From: Bacilli bacterium
GTDB lineage: Bacteria; Bacillota_I; Bacilli_A; RFN20; CAG-826
Reading direction: 5' to 3'
NCBI GenBank assembly: GCA_035326105.1
Contig: DAOKYO010000001.1
Location: 738,115-802,114 of the forward strand
DNA length: 64,000 nt
Made by a program: the position numbers and the translations under genes
Shown here: piece by piece, positions 10,172-20,034 of the stretch
How positions within the stretch are numbered: the stretch's first letter is position 1
How the letters are laid out: the number at the start of each line of letters is the position of its first letter
Notes under the pieces: model-generated
The model's database searches: none
The model's input: only the letters and a program-made list of their open reading frames with translations
What the model was told of the DNA's origin: nothing

Positions 10172-11455
10172 ATGGCAAATGAAGTTTCTACCCCGAGTAA
10201 AAAAAACAGTAAAACAAAAAAATATTTTATTAACATAGCAATCGTCTTAACTATGGCCGTTTTGGTCGGCTATTTGACTTTGAAAGACAATTTTGGCGAT
10301 GTGGCTTCAGCGCTTAGCCAAGCCGATGTTCGTTACATTGTTTTTATTCTGATTGCGATGTTTTTATATTACCTAGTAGATGGCGTGATCATATTTATTT
10401 TGGCGCGCCTTTATACGACTCATTACAAGGTACATCGCGGATTAGCCGTGGCCTTTATCGGTCAATTCTATTCGGACATTACGCCCTCTTCAAGTGGCGG
10501 TCAAATTGCGCAAGCCAACACGATGCGCAAGCAGAAGGTTGAAGTATCGACTGCGGCCTCCATATTGGTTATGCACTTTATTATTTTCCAAGTGGTTTTG
10601 ATGCTTTTTGGAATATTAGCAATGATATTGAAGTTTAAAACTTTGATTCTTACTTCTCAGCCAATTGTGGTTTTTAATATCTCCCTACCCATATGGGTTT
10701 TGGCCCTCATTGGCTTTATCATTAATGCCGCGGTCATCTCGGGTTTGCTCATCATGTCCTATTCCAGTAAAATTCATAACTTTGTTATCAATACGGGTGT
10801 AAATCTGGCTTGGCGGCTCCATTTGGTTCGGAGCCCGGAAAAAACCCGTGCTCGGCTTCAAGTCACAACGGAAAACTTCCGTATCGAACTTCGGCGTCTT
10901 CAAAGTAATATTCCAGTCACCATTTTAATCACAATTATTTTCGCCATTCGCTTTCTGATTATATATTCAATTCCTTATCTTGTCGGTTTGACACTCAAAG
11001 TTGATATGACTGGTCAGTATTGGAATAGTGTGTTTATGTATAGCTTTTTACAGATGATTACCTCGCTGGTTCCATTGCCGGGCGCAGCAGGTATTTCGGA
11101 GTACATGTTCCAGCAACTATTTATCGGTATCTTCCAGACGAAGGCGCTGGTGGCATCCGCTCAAATTCTGTGGCGGTTCTTTACTTTCTATTTTGGATTA
11201 ATTATCGGCGGGTTTGTTTCCGCTTTCTACCATTCGCGAATGGAAAACGAGGAAGATTATGCTTTTGCTTCCAAGACCTTCGTCGATATTCAACGTGAAA
11301 CCTTTGAGGCCCGGAAGGCTTCATCCGATTTTATGTACCGGACCTCATCCCTTTCTACGCGGGAAGTGGAAGATAAAATCAAAAAATTCAAGACTAATGT
11401 TTTTTCCCGAAAAGAAAAAGACGATGAAGAAAAAGATCATAATAAAAAACCATGA
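10172..11455 (+). CDS. Polytopic membrane protein, UPF0104 / LPG-synthase-TM (flippase-like) family, with a charged C-terminal tail
   Basis: About 8 predicted TM helices with a PSSSGGQ loop. The C-terminal ~80 aa are hydrophilic and K/E/D-rich. ATGA-coupled to the downstream glycosyltransferase, which is the usual context for this family. Confidence 0.5.
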   Translation: MANEVSTPSKKNSKTKKYFINIAIVLTMAVLVGYLTLKDNFGDVASALSQADVRYIVFILIAMFLYYLVDGVIIFILARLYTTHYKVHRGLAVAFIGQFYSDITPSSSGGQIAQANTMRKQKVEVSTAASILVMHFIIFQVVLMLFGILAMILKFKTLILTSQPIVVFNISLPIWVLALIGFIINAAVISGLLIMSYSSKIHNFVINTGVNLAWRLHLVRSPEKTRARLQVTTENFRIELRRLQSNIPVTILITIIFAIRFLIIYSIPYLVGLTLKVDMTGQYWNSVFMYSFLQMITSLVPLPGAAGISEYMFQQLFIGIFQTKALVASAQILWRFFTFYFGLIIGGFVSAFYHSRMENEEDYAFASKTFVDIQRETFEARKASSDFMYRTSSLSTREVEDKIKKFKTNVFSRKEKDDEEKDHNKKP

Positions 11456-12624
11456 GAATTGTTATTTTTTCGGACACCTTTCCGCCCGAGATCAATGGCG
11501 TCGCAACCTCAAGTAAATCACTTCAGGATGTTTTGACTGCCCATGGACACCTGTGTGTTGTGGTTACAACCAATCCCTTTACTCGCACTTTAATGTATGA
11601 CAATCGAGTTATCAGAATTCCGGGCATTGAATTAAAAAAACTTTATGGCTATCGGATGGCGGGTCTATATAACAGTAAAGCGATGAAAATAATCAAGGCG
11701 ATTAAACCGGATTTGGTTCATGTTCAAACAGAAGCCGGAATTGGTATTTTTGGTAATTACGTGGCTCGGACATTGGATTTGCCCAATGTCTATACCTATC
11801 ATACGATGTACGAAGATTACACCTATTACGTTACTCGGGGACACCTCGACGTATTTGCCAAAAAAATTGTTCGGGAATTTTCCCGGTTTAAGGCTGAGGG
11901 GGCGACTGAATTTATCTCTCCCAGCCAGAAAACAAAAGATATTTTGCGAACATATGGAGTGGAAAGATATATAAATGTTGTTCCTACAGGCATTGATTTT
12001 TCCCGTTTTAAAGATGATAGAATTGATAAGGAAAAACTGGCCCGGTTTAAGCATCAATATAATTTAGATAATTGCTTTACGATTCTTTCTTTGGGTCGGG
12101 TAGCCAAGGAAAAATCAATTGATGTTATTATTGATAATTTTGCCAAGTATATATCGCTTAACCCCGAAGCTAAAGTCAAACTTTTGATTGTCGGCGGCGG
12201 ACCGGCGTTGACTAGCCTTAAGAATCAGGCGATTAAATTAAACTTGGGGGACAAGGTGGTTTTTATTGGCCCGGTGCCCCCGGCCGATGTTCCCTTTTAT
12301 TACCACGCAGCGGATTTATTCGTATCGGCTTCAGTGACGGAAACGCAAGGCCTAACTTTTATGGAAGCAATGGCCAGCGGTCTTCTTCTGCTTGCCCGTC
12401 ACGATGAAAATTTATCAGATGTTCTCGTCGATGGTGAGACCGGCTATTTCTTTAATGAGGAAAAGAGTTTCATCAACAACCTCAATTTATTGATTAACCT
12501 ATCCACGCCCAGAAAAAAACAAATGTTAACCAATAGTGCCCAATTAATTGAAAAATATTCAATTGACCAATTTTATTTGAATATTATGGAGGTTTATAAT
12601 CGTGCCATCCGTCGCCACTTCTAA
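11452..12624 (+). CDS. GT4-family glycosyltransferase (diacylglycerol glucosyltransferase-like glycolipid synthase)
   Basis: GT-B fold signatures: N-terminal FSDTFPPEINGVATS and C-terminal SVTETQGLTFMEAMASG (EX7E-type). Confidence 0.8.
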   Translation: MRIVIFSDTFPPEINGVATSSKSLQDVLTAHGHLCVVVTTNPFTRTLMYDNRVIRIPGIELKKLYGYRMAGLYNSKAMKIIKAIKPDLVHVQTEAGIGIFGNYVARTLDLPNVYTYHTMYEDYTYYVTRGHLDVFAKKIVREFSRFKAEGATEFISPSQKTKDILRTYGVERYINVVPTGIDFSRFKDDRIDKEKLARFKHQYNLDNCFTILSLGRVAKEKSIDVIIDNFAKYISLNPEAKVKLLIVGGGPALTSLKNQAIKLNLGDKVVFIGPVPPADVPFYYHAADLFVSASVTETQGLTFMEAMASGLLLLARHDENLSDVLVDGETGYFFNEEKSFINNLNLLINLSTPRKKQMLTNSAQLIEKYSIDQFYLNIMEVYNRAIRRHF

Positions 12625-13393
12625 GGAAATAACGATTACAAAAATCGCGCATAATAAAAAGAGCATTAAGATCCTTTTTTCCACGCAGGAAGAAATAAAA
12701 ATAGATATAGACACCTTTACTGATTTTTTTCTATTTGAAGGAAAGAAGGTCAGTATCGAGGAAATTTCTCGAATTAAGCAGCGGGCAGAAGTCGCTTCCG
12801 CTCAGCAATATGCGCGGTCACTGGTTGCCCGTCATAGTTATACCGAAATGGAAATCCGCCGTCGTCTACGGAATAAAAAAGTTGAGAATGCGACGATTAA
12901 TTCAATTGTAAAACGACTTCTTGACAACAATCTAATAAATGATTTAACTTTTGCAAATGACTATATGGAATATGCTCTGCACCGTGGTTACGGGCCTAAA
13001 CGGGTTAAAAATGACCTGCTTAAAAAAGGAATTAGTCCGACGATTATAAATAATCTACCTTTAACCTCGCTAGATAGCGATGATCAAGTTGACAGGATGG
13101 CCAAAAAGTTTTTGCACGGCAAGAGCTTTTCCAATCAAAAAGCACAAAATGATGCGGTATTTGCCTTTCTTTATCGAAATGGATTTTCTCAGTCTAAGGC
13201 GGCCGCAATCGTGCAAAAGCTCCCGGAAATTCCGCATAGCTTGGTGATGGAAAACTTACAAAGTGATCTTGCAAAAGCCAAAAAACGTTATCAAAGCAAA
13301 TATTCGGGACGTGATTTAAGACAACGCATCATTTATCTTCTAGAGCAAAAAGGTTATAATTACGAAGATATAAGTTTAGTTTTGGAGGAATAA
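12602..13393 (+). CDS. recX: RecX-family regulatory protein
   Basis: Repeated three-helix modules (…SYTEMEIRRRLRNKKV…, YALHRGYGPKRVKNDLLKKGI, …FLYRNGFSQ…, LEQKGYNYEDI). GTG start overlaps the GT4 gene by 23 nt. Confidence 0.7.
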   Translation: MPSVATSKEITITKIAHNKKSIKILFSTQEEIKIDIDTFTDFFLFEGKKVSIEEISRIKQRAEVASAQQYARSLVARHSYTEMEIRRRLRNKKVENATINSIVKRLLDNNLINDLTFANDYMEYALHRGYGPKRVKNDLLKKGISPTIINNLPLTSLDSDDQVDRMAKKFLHGKSFSNQKAQNDAVFAFLYRNGFSQSKAAAIVQKLPEIPHSLVMENLQSDLAKAKKRYQSKYSGRDLRQRIIYLLEQKGYNYEDISLVLEE

Positions 13394-13396
13394 GGG

Positions 13397-14332
13397 ATGA
13401 GTTATATTAAAGACTTAGTTGATGGTGAAAGACTGCATGATACTTTTCTTATAACAAACGTAACTAAGGGAGTGACTGGAAATAATCAAACATATTTTAC
13501 GGTTACTTTTCAGGATAAAACGGGAACCATTGAGGGTAAAAAATGGGAAATCTACGCTGAAGACACCGACGTTTTTGCGATTGGAAACATAGTTGAGTTA
13601 GATGCTGATGTAATTTTTTACCGTAATGGCTTGCAACTAAAAATAATAAGCGGGAAAAAGCTTCCGATTGAAGGCATCGACATCGCCCGGTATACGATTG
13701 CCAGTCCGATTCCTCAATCCGAGTTGGAAGCTAGACTAAAAACACTGCTCCAATCAATTAAAGATACGGAAGTGGCCTTAATTGTAAATTCATTAATTGA
13801 TCGTCACTATGAAGCTTATGTTACTTTTCCGGCAGCGGTCCGAAATCATCATGAATTTGCTAACGGTCTTCTTTATCACACGCTGTCCATGGCCGGATTA
13901 GCGGATTTAATGGCTCAATATTACTCCGGAATTGATCGCGATATTCTTATTGGTGGAGTGCTTCTTCACGACTTAGGCAAAGTGGTGGAATTATCGGGAC
14001 CAATTATCACTAAATACACTACGGAAGGGAAACTTCTCGGTCATATTTCGATTTGTGCTAGTGAAATTCATGAAATAGCCGATGAACTAAAAATCACAAG
14101 CGAAGTACCGACTCTTCTCGAGCATATGGTACTGGCCCATCATGGTCATCTTGAATATGGAAGTCCCGTATTGCCACTGACCCGTGAGGCTTTACTGCTC
14201 TCGTTTATCGATGACATCGATGCAAAAATGATGATTCTTGATAAGGCATTTGAGGGAGTTGCCGAAGGCGAGTTTACCACGCGCATTTGGCCGTTGAATG
14301 ACTCTTATTTCTATAAGCCCAAGAAAAGATAA
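13397..14332 (+). CDS. yhaM: 3'-5' exoribonuclease YhaM (OB-fold + HD domain)
   Basis: N-terminal OB-like segment (TFQDKTGTIEGKKW). HD domain with HHEF…LLHDLGK…HHG…DDIDAK. Confidence 0.8.
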   Translation: MSYIKDLVDGERLHDTFLITNVTKGVTGNNQTYFTVTFQDKTGTIEGKKWEIYAEDTDVFAIGNIVELDADVIFYRNGLQLKIISGKKLPIEGIDIARYTIASPIPQSELEARLKTLLQSIKDTEVALIVNSLIDRHYEAYVTFPAAVRNHHEFANGLLYHTLSMAGLADLMAQYYSGIDRDILIGGVLLHDLGKVVELSGPIITKYTTEGKLLGHISICASEIHEIADELKITSEVPTLLEHMVLAHHGHLEYGSPVLPLTREALLLSFIDDIDAKMMILDKAFEGVAEGEFTTRIWPLNDSYFYKPKKR

Positions 14333-14358
14333 AAAAAACTCCAAATGGAGTTTTTTTA
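14331..14358. terminator. Bidirectional intrinsic terminator
   Basis: A-run, actcc-aaat-ggagt, then a T-run. Sits between convergent yhaM and the HIT gene and overlaps the HIT stop codon. Confidence 0.75.
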
Positions 14359-14778
14359 TTTGATTCCACCGGCAATTTTCTCGGCCAGTACGGGCAAATT
14401 AAGATCTTTTCGTTTTTCATTGTCGAGCATGGTAATCCGCAGGCCGTCGCCGGAGGCATAGCGAGGAATTACGTGCACATGGAAGTGAGGAATACTTTGG
14501 CCGGCAACTTCGCCGACGTTACTGAGAATATTCACTCCTCTAGCTAAGAGTTCGGTCATTTGGGCCTGACCAACCCGCTGAGCGACATCCAGGACATGAT
14601 GCATGACATTTTGCGGGGTCGAAAGAAAATTTGGGTAATGTTCCTTCGGAATAACTAAAGTATGACCGATGGTCGTTTGAGATAAGTCAAGAAAAGCTAA
14701 CACCTCATTGTCTTCGTAGACCTTGTGGCAAGGAATTTCGCCTTTGGCAATCTTACAAAAAATACAATTATCATCCAT
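14356..14778 (-). CDS. HIT-family nucleotide hydrolase/transferase (Hint-like)
   Basis: Histidine triad HFHVHVIP and N-terminal CIFCKI. Confidence 0.9.
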   Translation of the reverse strand: MDDNCIFCKIAKGEIPCHKVYEDNEVLAFLDLSQTTIGHTLVIPKEHYPNFLSTPQNVMHHVLDVAQRVGQAQMTELLARGVNILSNVGEVAGQSIPHFHVHVIPRYASGDGLRITMLDNEKRKDLNLPVLAEKIAGGIK

Positions 14779-14855
14779 ATAATGATAACCTCCCTAAGCA
14801 ATAAATCAACTGCTCTTATTTTAGATGAGTAATCAGTTAACTTCAAGTTTAGGCA

Positions 14856-14889
14856 TAAAAAAAGGAGACAAACGAGTGTCTCCTTTTTA
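14856..14889 (-). terminator. Intrinsic terminator of the lipoprotein operon
   Basis: ggagaca (14864-14870) pairs with tgtctcc (14877-14883). A T-run follows on the minus strand. Confidence 0.75.
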
Positions 14890-14896
14890 AACATAA

Positions 14897-16399
14897 TTAC
14901 TTATCAAAAATATCTGGATACTGCTCTTTGAAGTAATCATAAATATCTTGATCATGGAATTTAATATCCATATCTTCGATATATTTTGATAGCGCCAATG
15001 TTTTATTGGTATCCTTCGTAGCTAAGACTTTGGCAACCTCGCCGACGATCGCATCAAGATCTTGATAAACACTATCGTCGCCAACGGTGAACTTCGCCCG
15101 ATTGACCGCCTCGTCAACCTGAATAATATAGTAGGTTTTGCTGCTGGCATCAAAATTGAGGAAGTTGCGGGAGTCTTTCCGATCAACGGATTCTGGCATC
15201 AAATAGTATTTGCCATGAATGTTGCGGACATAGCTATTAATCTCAATTTCATCATTTGATAAATAGCCGCCATTTTCGGAATTGCCTTCATCATCAAGTA
15301 CGTAGTCAACTCCACTTTCGACCGAGCGACTAAATAAACGATCACGAATCGCTGTCGGTAAACTTGAGAGACCACCGTCACGGACATACCATCCATCGGT
15401 AGTGTAATCAAGCACCTTAGTGTCAGTCGTCTTAATATCTAAGCCGACTTCCTTGGTATAGGAACCATTGCTTGTAAAGGTTGACTCAATAGATGAGTCG
15501 GTGGTCTTCACATCATCAGTAATCTTGTTATAGTCGCTTAATAAGTCACCATAAATGGTATTATCGAAACCGGTGCCAACGAGTTCAGCGGCATTTAATA
15601 GGGCCGACTCATTGGAAATGAATTGGCTATCAACACCCCGCCATGCATTGGCTAAAATTTCAAGATTGGCAGTTTCCGCGGTTCCGTTGATAATATTGCT
15701 GTCGATAAACTCGTCAATTAAGTAACGGGCCGCTTCAGGATGGTTGTCATTAATTGTGATAGCCACATAATGCACCTTCCGTGCATGGCTCAAGTATAGT
15801 GAACGATACTCGTTCTCAATAAGATATTTTTCAACCAATTTAGATTGATAAACCTTTGGAACTAAAACATCGTTGATGTAATCACTGTAGTAGTCGAGGT
15901 GAAGGGCAACGGTGCCCACGTTATCCTCAGTCACATCAGGAGTAAAGATGACATCTTTATGCCAGGCAGAGGTGAGCGACAAATCATAAGAGCCGTTAAC
16001 CTTATAGAATTTTTTAACGATAGACAAGGCAAATTTTTCCTCATCGAATTTGCTCCGATAAGAATAAGAACCGCCTTTGATATCATCGAGAAGTAACTTA
16101 GCCACCCGACGATTAACGTCTTTTGCAAAGTCGCTTTCTTTATCGACATCTTCCCATTTACCAAAGTAGGATTCAGCCAGTTTGGCTAAGACCGCATCAC
16201 GGACATCCGATTTGGTGGTTGATTGATCCTTAAGAAGATCAATAACGGTCGATTCAATATTGTTATAAACTTCGTTATCGCCTACATTTACGAGTTTGTC
16301 ATCATAGAAACTCGGATTTGCCGCTATCGTTGTACATCCCGTAAGGAGTAAAGCGGCGGCCGCGAGGAAGAAAGATTTAATCTTTTTACTTTTTGACAT
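14897..16399 (-). CDS. Lipoprotein, PrsA/SurA-like architecture with no recognisable parvulin signature
   Basis: Internal ATG at 16399 is preceded by GGAGG and gives MSKSKKIKSFFLAAAALLLTGC (lipobox). The C-terminal …DIKFHDQDIYDYF… resembles PrsA C-termini. Overlaps the upstream gene by 14 nt. Confidence 0.6.
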   Translation of the reverse strand: MSKSKKIKSFFLAAAALLLTGCTTIAANPSFYDDKLVNVGDNEVYNNIESTVIDLLKDQSTTKSDVRDAVLAKLAESYFGKWEDVDKESDFAKDVNRRVAKLLLDDIKGGSYSYRSKFDEEKFALSIVKKFYKVNGSYDLSLTSAWHKDVIFTPDVTEDNVGTVALHLDYYSDYINDVLVPKVYQSKLVEKYLIENEYRSLYLSHARKVHYVAITINDNHPEAARYLIDEFIDSNIINGTAETANLEILANAWRGVDSQFISNESALLNAAELVGTGFDNTIYGDLLSDYNKITDDVKTTDSSIESTFTSNGSYTKEVGLDIKTTDTKVLDYTTDGWYVRDGGLSSLPTAIRDRLFSRSVESGVDYVLDDEGNSENGGYLSNDEIEINSYVRNIHGKYYLMPESVDRKDSRNFLNFDASSKTYYIIQVDEAVNRAKFTVGDDSVYQDLDAIVGEVAKVLATKDTNKTLALSKYIEDMDIKFHDQDIYDYFKEQYPDIFDK

Positions 16400-18143
16400 A
16401 GCAGGCACCTCCTTCAGCAAATTCTGCGGAATCACTGTTGACAAAGGAAATTGCACAGGATTCGCTAATCAAACGATGCTCTCTCAAGTATTCGAGTTCA
16501 TCTAATTGTTCAATCCATGTATTCCAAGTCTGTTCAAAACTCTTGGTATCACTGATTTTGCCAGAAGCAATCTGCATGTCGATATAATCATTTAATGATT
16601 GGGATAAATCCGCATCATGGATTTCAACATTTTCATAGGTGAGAAGTTGATTGTAAATCCGATAATCAACATTGCTATCAAAGTTCTTGATTTTATCCGT
16701 AACGGTGTTTGCCCGAGTTTGATAAGTCGAACGCTCAGTTGTCATATAGTTGACATAAGTGTCGAGCGGATCATTGCTACCATCAACTGGATAGTCGCTG
16801 TCTCCGGGAATGGCTGTGGTGTAATAGTCTTCAAGGCTGACACCATTTTGAACAGGAACAAGTGCATTTCTTTGAACGACGATGAAGTGCACACCTTCGT
16901 AACTATCGCCGGAAAAATTGGCTTTGGTCACAAGGATAACATTTCCGTTTTCGTCGCATAAAACTTTTTTACCACCGAGTTCGGGAACGCTTTGGAAACC
17001 GGACATGGCCTCATAGGTAGCGTTAGGAGTTCCAACTTCATTCGCAGAATCGACGGAGTTTGGAGTAATAACACTGATGTTATGACGATTGAAATATTTG
17101 TTGAAGTAAACATTACGTGGATAATAGGCGGCATCACCATCATTATAGGTATCACCGTTAGCATCCTTAGTAATCGTGGCATAATCCTTAATCTTCAAAG
17201 CAGCTTCATAAGGAATTTCTCCTAATCCGATCGCTTCCATCTTGGCTTGAACATCTTCAGGAACAAGCAGTGACTTCGTAGCGGCGGATGTCGACGCTGA
17301 AGTAACTTGATTGAACAATGTCTCGTAAGCGTAAACGCCCAGTTTGAATTCATTCACATAAGAAGTATCCTTGTCCATAATTCCAAGATCACCGCTGGCG
17401 GTTTGGGAGCCGCTATCGTCACTTTGTTCAAGCGCTAGGTTGTTGAAGGTATCTCCACCTTTGCGCGTTGCTAAACGAGTAACAACACCAGCAAGTTTGG
17501 TTGCTTCACCTTCAGTGAGGCTTGCCGTGTAGCCATTGGTCGAAGAAGTATTTAATTTCACGAGAATATGCTTAACGTGGAAGGGAAGTTCTTCGGATAA
17601 GTAATCACCGGTCAAATCTTTCCATGTATTGGACAAACCATCAACACCGGTTTTAGTCCAATCCGCGCTGGCGTCATAAAATTCGGATTTAACTTCTGTT
17701 TCCATTTCCTTATAGGCAAAATACTCAAGTAATTCACTTTTGTTTTCTACGCTATAAGAATCATAGATAGCCTGAATTTCGGTATCATAACTGGTACCAT
17801 TTGTTTTTGCGTTGCTTTTCGCGGTTTCTTCTGCTGAACTGACTTTCTTTTCGGCTTTTTTATATAACTCATCTTTTTTCAAAGCCATAGAGTTACCTTC
17901 GAAAAGGTTACGCACTAGGACCTCGTAAATAGCCGAGTAATATTTGGTAATTGTGTCAGCATCGGTTCTATAGCCCGAAAACAGTTCGTCAGCTGTATAA
18001 TCAATTCTTTGACCGTCTGCGCCGGTGAAAGAAAGGATTAAGCCGTCTTTGCTACGCGTGACAACATTACCACAGCCAGAAAGCAGGGCGATGGAAGAAA
18101 GCGTAGTCAAAGCAAGAGCTAAGCGACTTTTCTTCATATGCAT
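16386..18143 (-). CDS. PrsA-like lipoprotein with a parvulin-type PPIase domain
   Basis: Signal peptide and lipobox …IALLSGC. Parvulin-like block FHVKHILVKL…GGDTFNNLALEQSDDSGS…GDLGIMDKDTSYVNEFKLGVY. Confidence 0.65.
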   Translation of the reverse strand: MHMKKSRLALALTTLSSIALLSGCGNVVTRSKDGLILSFTGADGQRIDYTADELFSGYRTDADTITKYYSAIYEVLVRNLFEGNSMALKKDELYKKAEKKVSSAEETAKSNAKTNGTSYDTEIQAIYDSYSVENKSELLEYFAYKEMETEVKSEFYDASADWTKTGVDGLSNTWKDLTGDYLSEELPFHVKHILVKLNTSSTNGYTASLTEGEATKLAGVVTRLATRKGGDTFNNLALEQSDDSGSQTASGDLGIMDKDTSYVNEFKLGVYAYETLFNQVTSASTSAATKSLLVPEDVQAKMEAIGLGEIPYEAALKIKDYATITKDANGDTYNDGDAAYYPRNVYFNKYFNRHNISVITPNSVDSANEVGTPNATYEAMSGFQSVPELGGKKVLCDENGNVILVTKANFSGDSYEGVHFIVVQRNALVPVQNGVSLEDYYTTAIPGDSDYPVDGSNDPLDTYVNYMTTERSTYQTRANTVTDKIKNFDSNVDYRIYNQLLTYENVEIHDADLSQSLNDYIDMQIASGKISDTKSFEQTWNTWIEQLDELEYLREHRLISESCAISFVNSDSAEFAEGGACYVKK

Positions 18144-18346
18144 TTAATTCCTCCTATACAAATGTAGCGTTTATATTTTATCGAAAGTAGGCGGGTAATT
18201 CAATAAGAATTAGAGCCGGATGTGATTTTCTTTAATCTTTTTCCTATTTTTGTAAAAAATAGAGAGCAAATTTGCAAATTATCAAATTCTTTGCCTTTAA
18301 GAGTTTTTTGTTCTAGAATGATTAACGATTTTGGAGAATAGAAACT

Positions 18347-19174
18347 ATGGATGAATTAGTAATTAAAAATCTCTTCGTGAGTGCCGATGGAAAAATGATT
18401 CTCAAAGGACTTAATCTCACGGTTAAGAAAGGCGATGTATACGCCATATTAGGACCGAATGGTCATGGTAAATCAACACTTTTGAATGCGATTATGGGCC
18501 ATCCACGTTATCAAGTTGAGAGTGGAACGATAACTTTCAATGGGCAAGATATTTTAAGCATGTCGGTTGATGAGAGATCCCGGGCGGGAATTTTCTTGGG
18601 GATGCAGTATCCAAGCGAAGTCCCGGGGGTTGTCAACGCTGATTTTATCAAGGCCGCGCTCAACGCCCGTCGCGAGAAGCCGATTAGTGCGATGGAATTA
18701 TATCGGTTGATTGACAAAACTTCAAAGCAGATGGGTATCAGCCTTGATATGGCTAATCGGTCTTTGAATGAAGGATTTTCCGGCGGGGAGAAAAAGCGGA
18801 ACGAAATTTTTCAGATGACGCTTATTGAGCCTTACTTATCAATGCTTGATGAAATAGACTCCGGGCTTGATGTCGATGCGTTGCAAGTTGTCGCTAATCA
18901 GATAAACGAGTTGAAGAAGAAAGGGATGTCCTTTTTGATTATTTCCCATTATGCGCGTCTTTATTCACTTATTTCGCCGAATAAAGTGGCGATTATTATC
19001 GATGGACGGGTTGTTACGACCGGGGGACCGGAGTTGATAGAAAAAGTTGACCAGACCGGTTATGAATGGATTAGTAAAGAGTTGGGAATCAGCATTAGTA
19101 AGGAAGATAAAGAAGAACCGATTTCCGCCACTTCAATTGGAATATGCGCTGCGAAGGAAGGTCTTAAAAAGTGA
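18347..19174 (+). CDS. sufC: Fe-S cluster assembly ATPase SufC
   Basis: Walker A GPNGHGKST, LNEGFSGGEKKRNEI and LDEIDSGLD. Confidence 0.92.
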   Translation: MDELVIKNLFVSADGKMILKGLNLTVKKGDVYAILGPNGHGKSTLLNAIMGHPRYQVESGTITFNGQDILSMSVDERSRAGIFLGMQYPSEVPGVVNADFIKAALNARREKPISAMELYRLIDKTSKQMGISLDMANRSLNEGFSGGEKKRNEIFQMTLIEPYLSMLDEIDSGLDVDALQVVANQINELKKKGMSFLIISHYARLYSLISPNKVAIIIDGRVVTTGGPELIEKVDQTGYEWISKELGISISKEDKEEPISATSIGICAAKEGLKK

Positions 19175-20034
19175 AACAAGTTGACCTTTTTGAAACTTTA
19201 AAATTAACCGATGATATGGCGGAAAACGCTTGTCTTGAGCTTGATTTAGGAAGTCAAAAAACCGCCGATACATTTCTTTTAGACTACGAAAAATTAAGCG
19301 CTTTTGTAAAAAAAATCAGCATTCGTATTCCCGCTTATTCGCATTCCGACATAACGGAAATTAATTTAAAACCAAACCTAGAAATCAATTATTTTTTGGG
19401 CGCGAATTCCGAAGTCAATTATGGAATTGCCATATTGGGCAAAGAGACGAATTTTAAGGCGGTTTTTAATCTTGAAACCGGGGCTCATGTTCGAGCGGGA
19501 TTAGCCGACTTTTCGTTTGCCAAAGGAAAGGTTAATTATCTTTTTCGGCTTCTGGGAAAGAAAGCCAGTGCCCAGTGGCGTTTAGCCACTTTAGCCGATG
19601 GTACGGATAATGACAAGGAGTTCCATATTTCTTTTGATCACGTTGTGGGTGATACCTACTCGATGATGGAAAATTATGGTGTATGTCAAAATGGCGGTCA
19701 TCTCCTTTTTGCCGGAGTTTCGCATATTTTTCCCGATGCTGACGATTCTTCTGCTCATCAAAAAGCCAAAATTATGGTGTTTGACGAGAATTGCATAGCA
19801 AAGGCCAATCCAATTTTAAAAATTGACGATAATGAAGTTGAAGCTAGTCATGCCGCGGCCGTGGGCAAGGTTAATGATGAACACTTGTTTTATCTTACGT
19901 CGCGCGGAATAAGCCGTTCTACGGCAAAGTATTTGATTACTCTAGGATATCTCAATCCGGTTTTGAATGCTTTTAGCGATGACAAATTGAAAGCGAAGAT
20001 AGCTGATTATATTTCTTCAGGGGTAAAAGCATGA
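19171..20034 (+). CDS. sufD: Fe-S cluster assembly protein SufD (short form, 287 aa)
   Basis: SufBD-type C-terminal region (…ASHAAAVGKVNDEHLFYLTSRGISRSTA…). GTG start overlaps the sufC stop. Confidence 0.75.
   Translation: MKQVDLFETLKLTDDMAENACLELDLGSQKTADTFLLDYEKLSAFVKKISIRIPAYSHSDITEINLKPNLEINYFLGANSEVNYGIAILGKETNFKAVFNLETGAHVRAGLADFSFAKGKVNYLFRLLGKKASAQWRLATLADGTDNDKEFHISFDHVVGDTYSMMENYGVCQNGGHLLFAGVSHIFPDADDSSAHQKAKIMVFDENCIAKANPILKIDDNEVEASHAAAVGKVNDEHLFYLTSRGISRSTAKYLITLGYLNPVLNAFSDDKLKAKIADYISSGVKA

Noticed and set aside
11293-11301. parS-like half site (acgtgaaac)
   Set aside because: Only half of the 16-bp palindrome is present, the other arm does not match, and it lies inside a membrane-protein gene far from parAB.
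11665-12057. 130-aa antisense ORF inside the GT4 gene. Similar antisense or alternate-frame ORFs occur at 6610-6951, 16617-16961, 31468-31857, 42491-42892 and 59262-59597.
   Set aside because: All are embedded in well-supported genes with strong family motifs, lack SD sequences, and have low-complexity or odd composition. They are typical shadow ORFs.
19171-20034. SufD of only 287 aa, a possible truncation
   Set aside because: The reading frame is intact and is coupled on both sides to sufC and sufS. The conserved C-terminal SufBD core is present, so this is probably a natural short form rather than a pseudogene.
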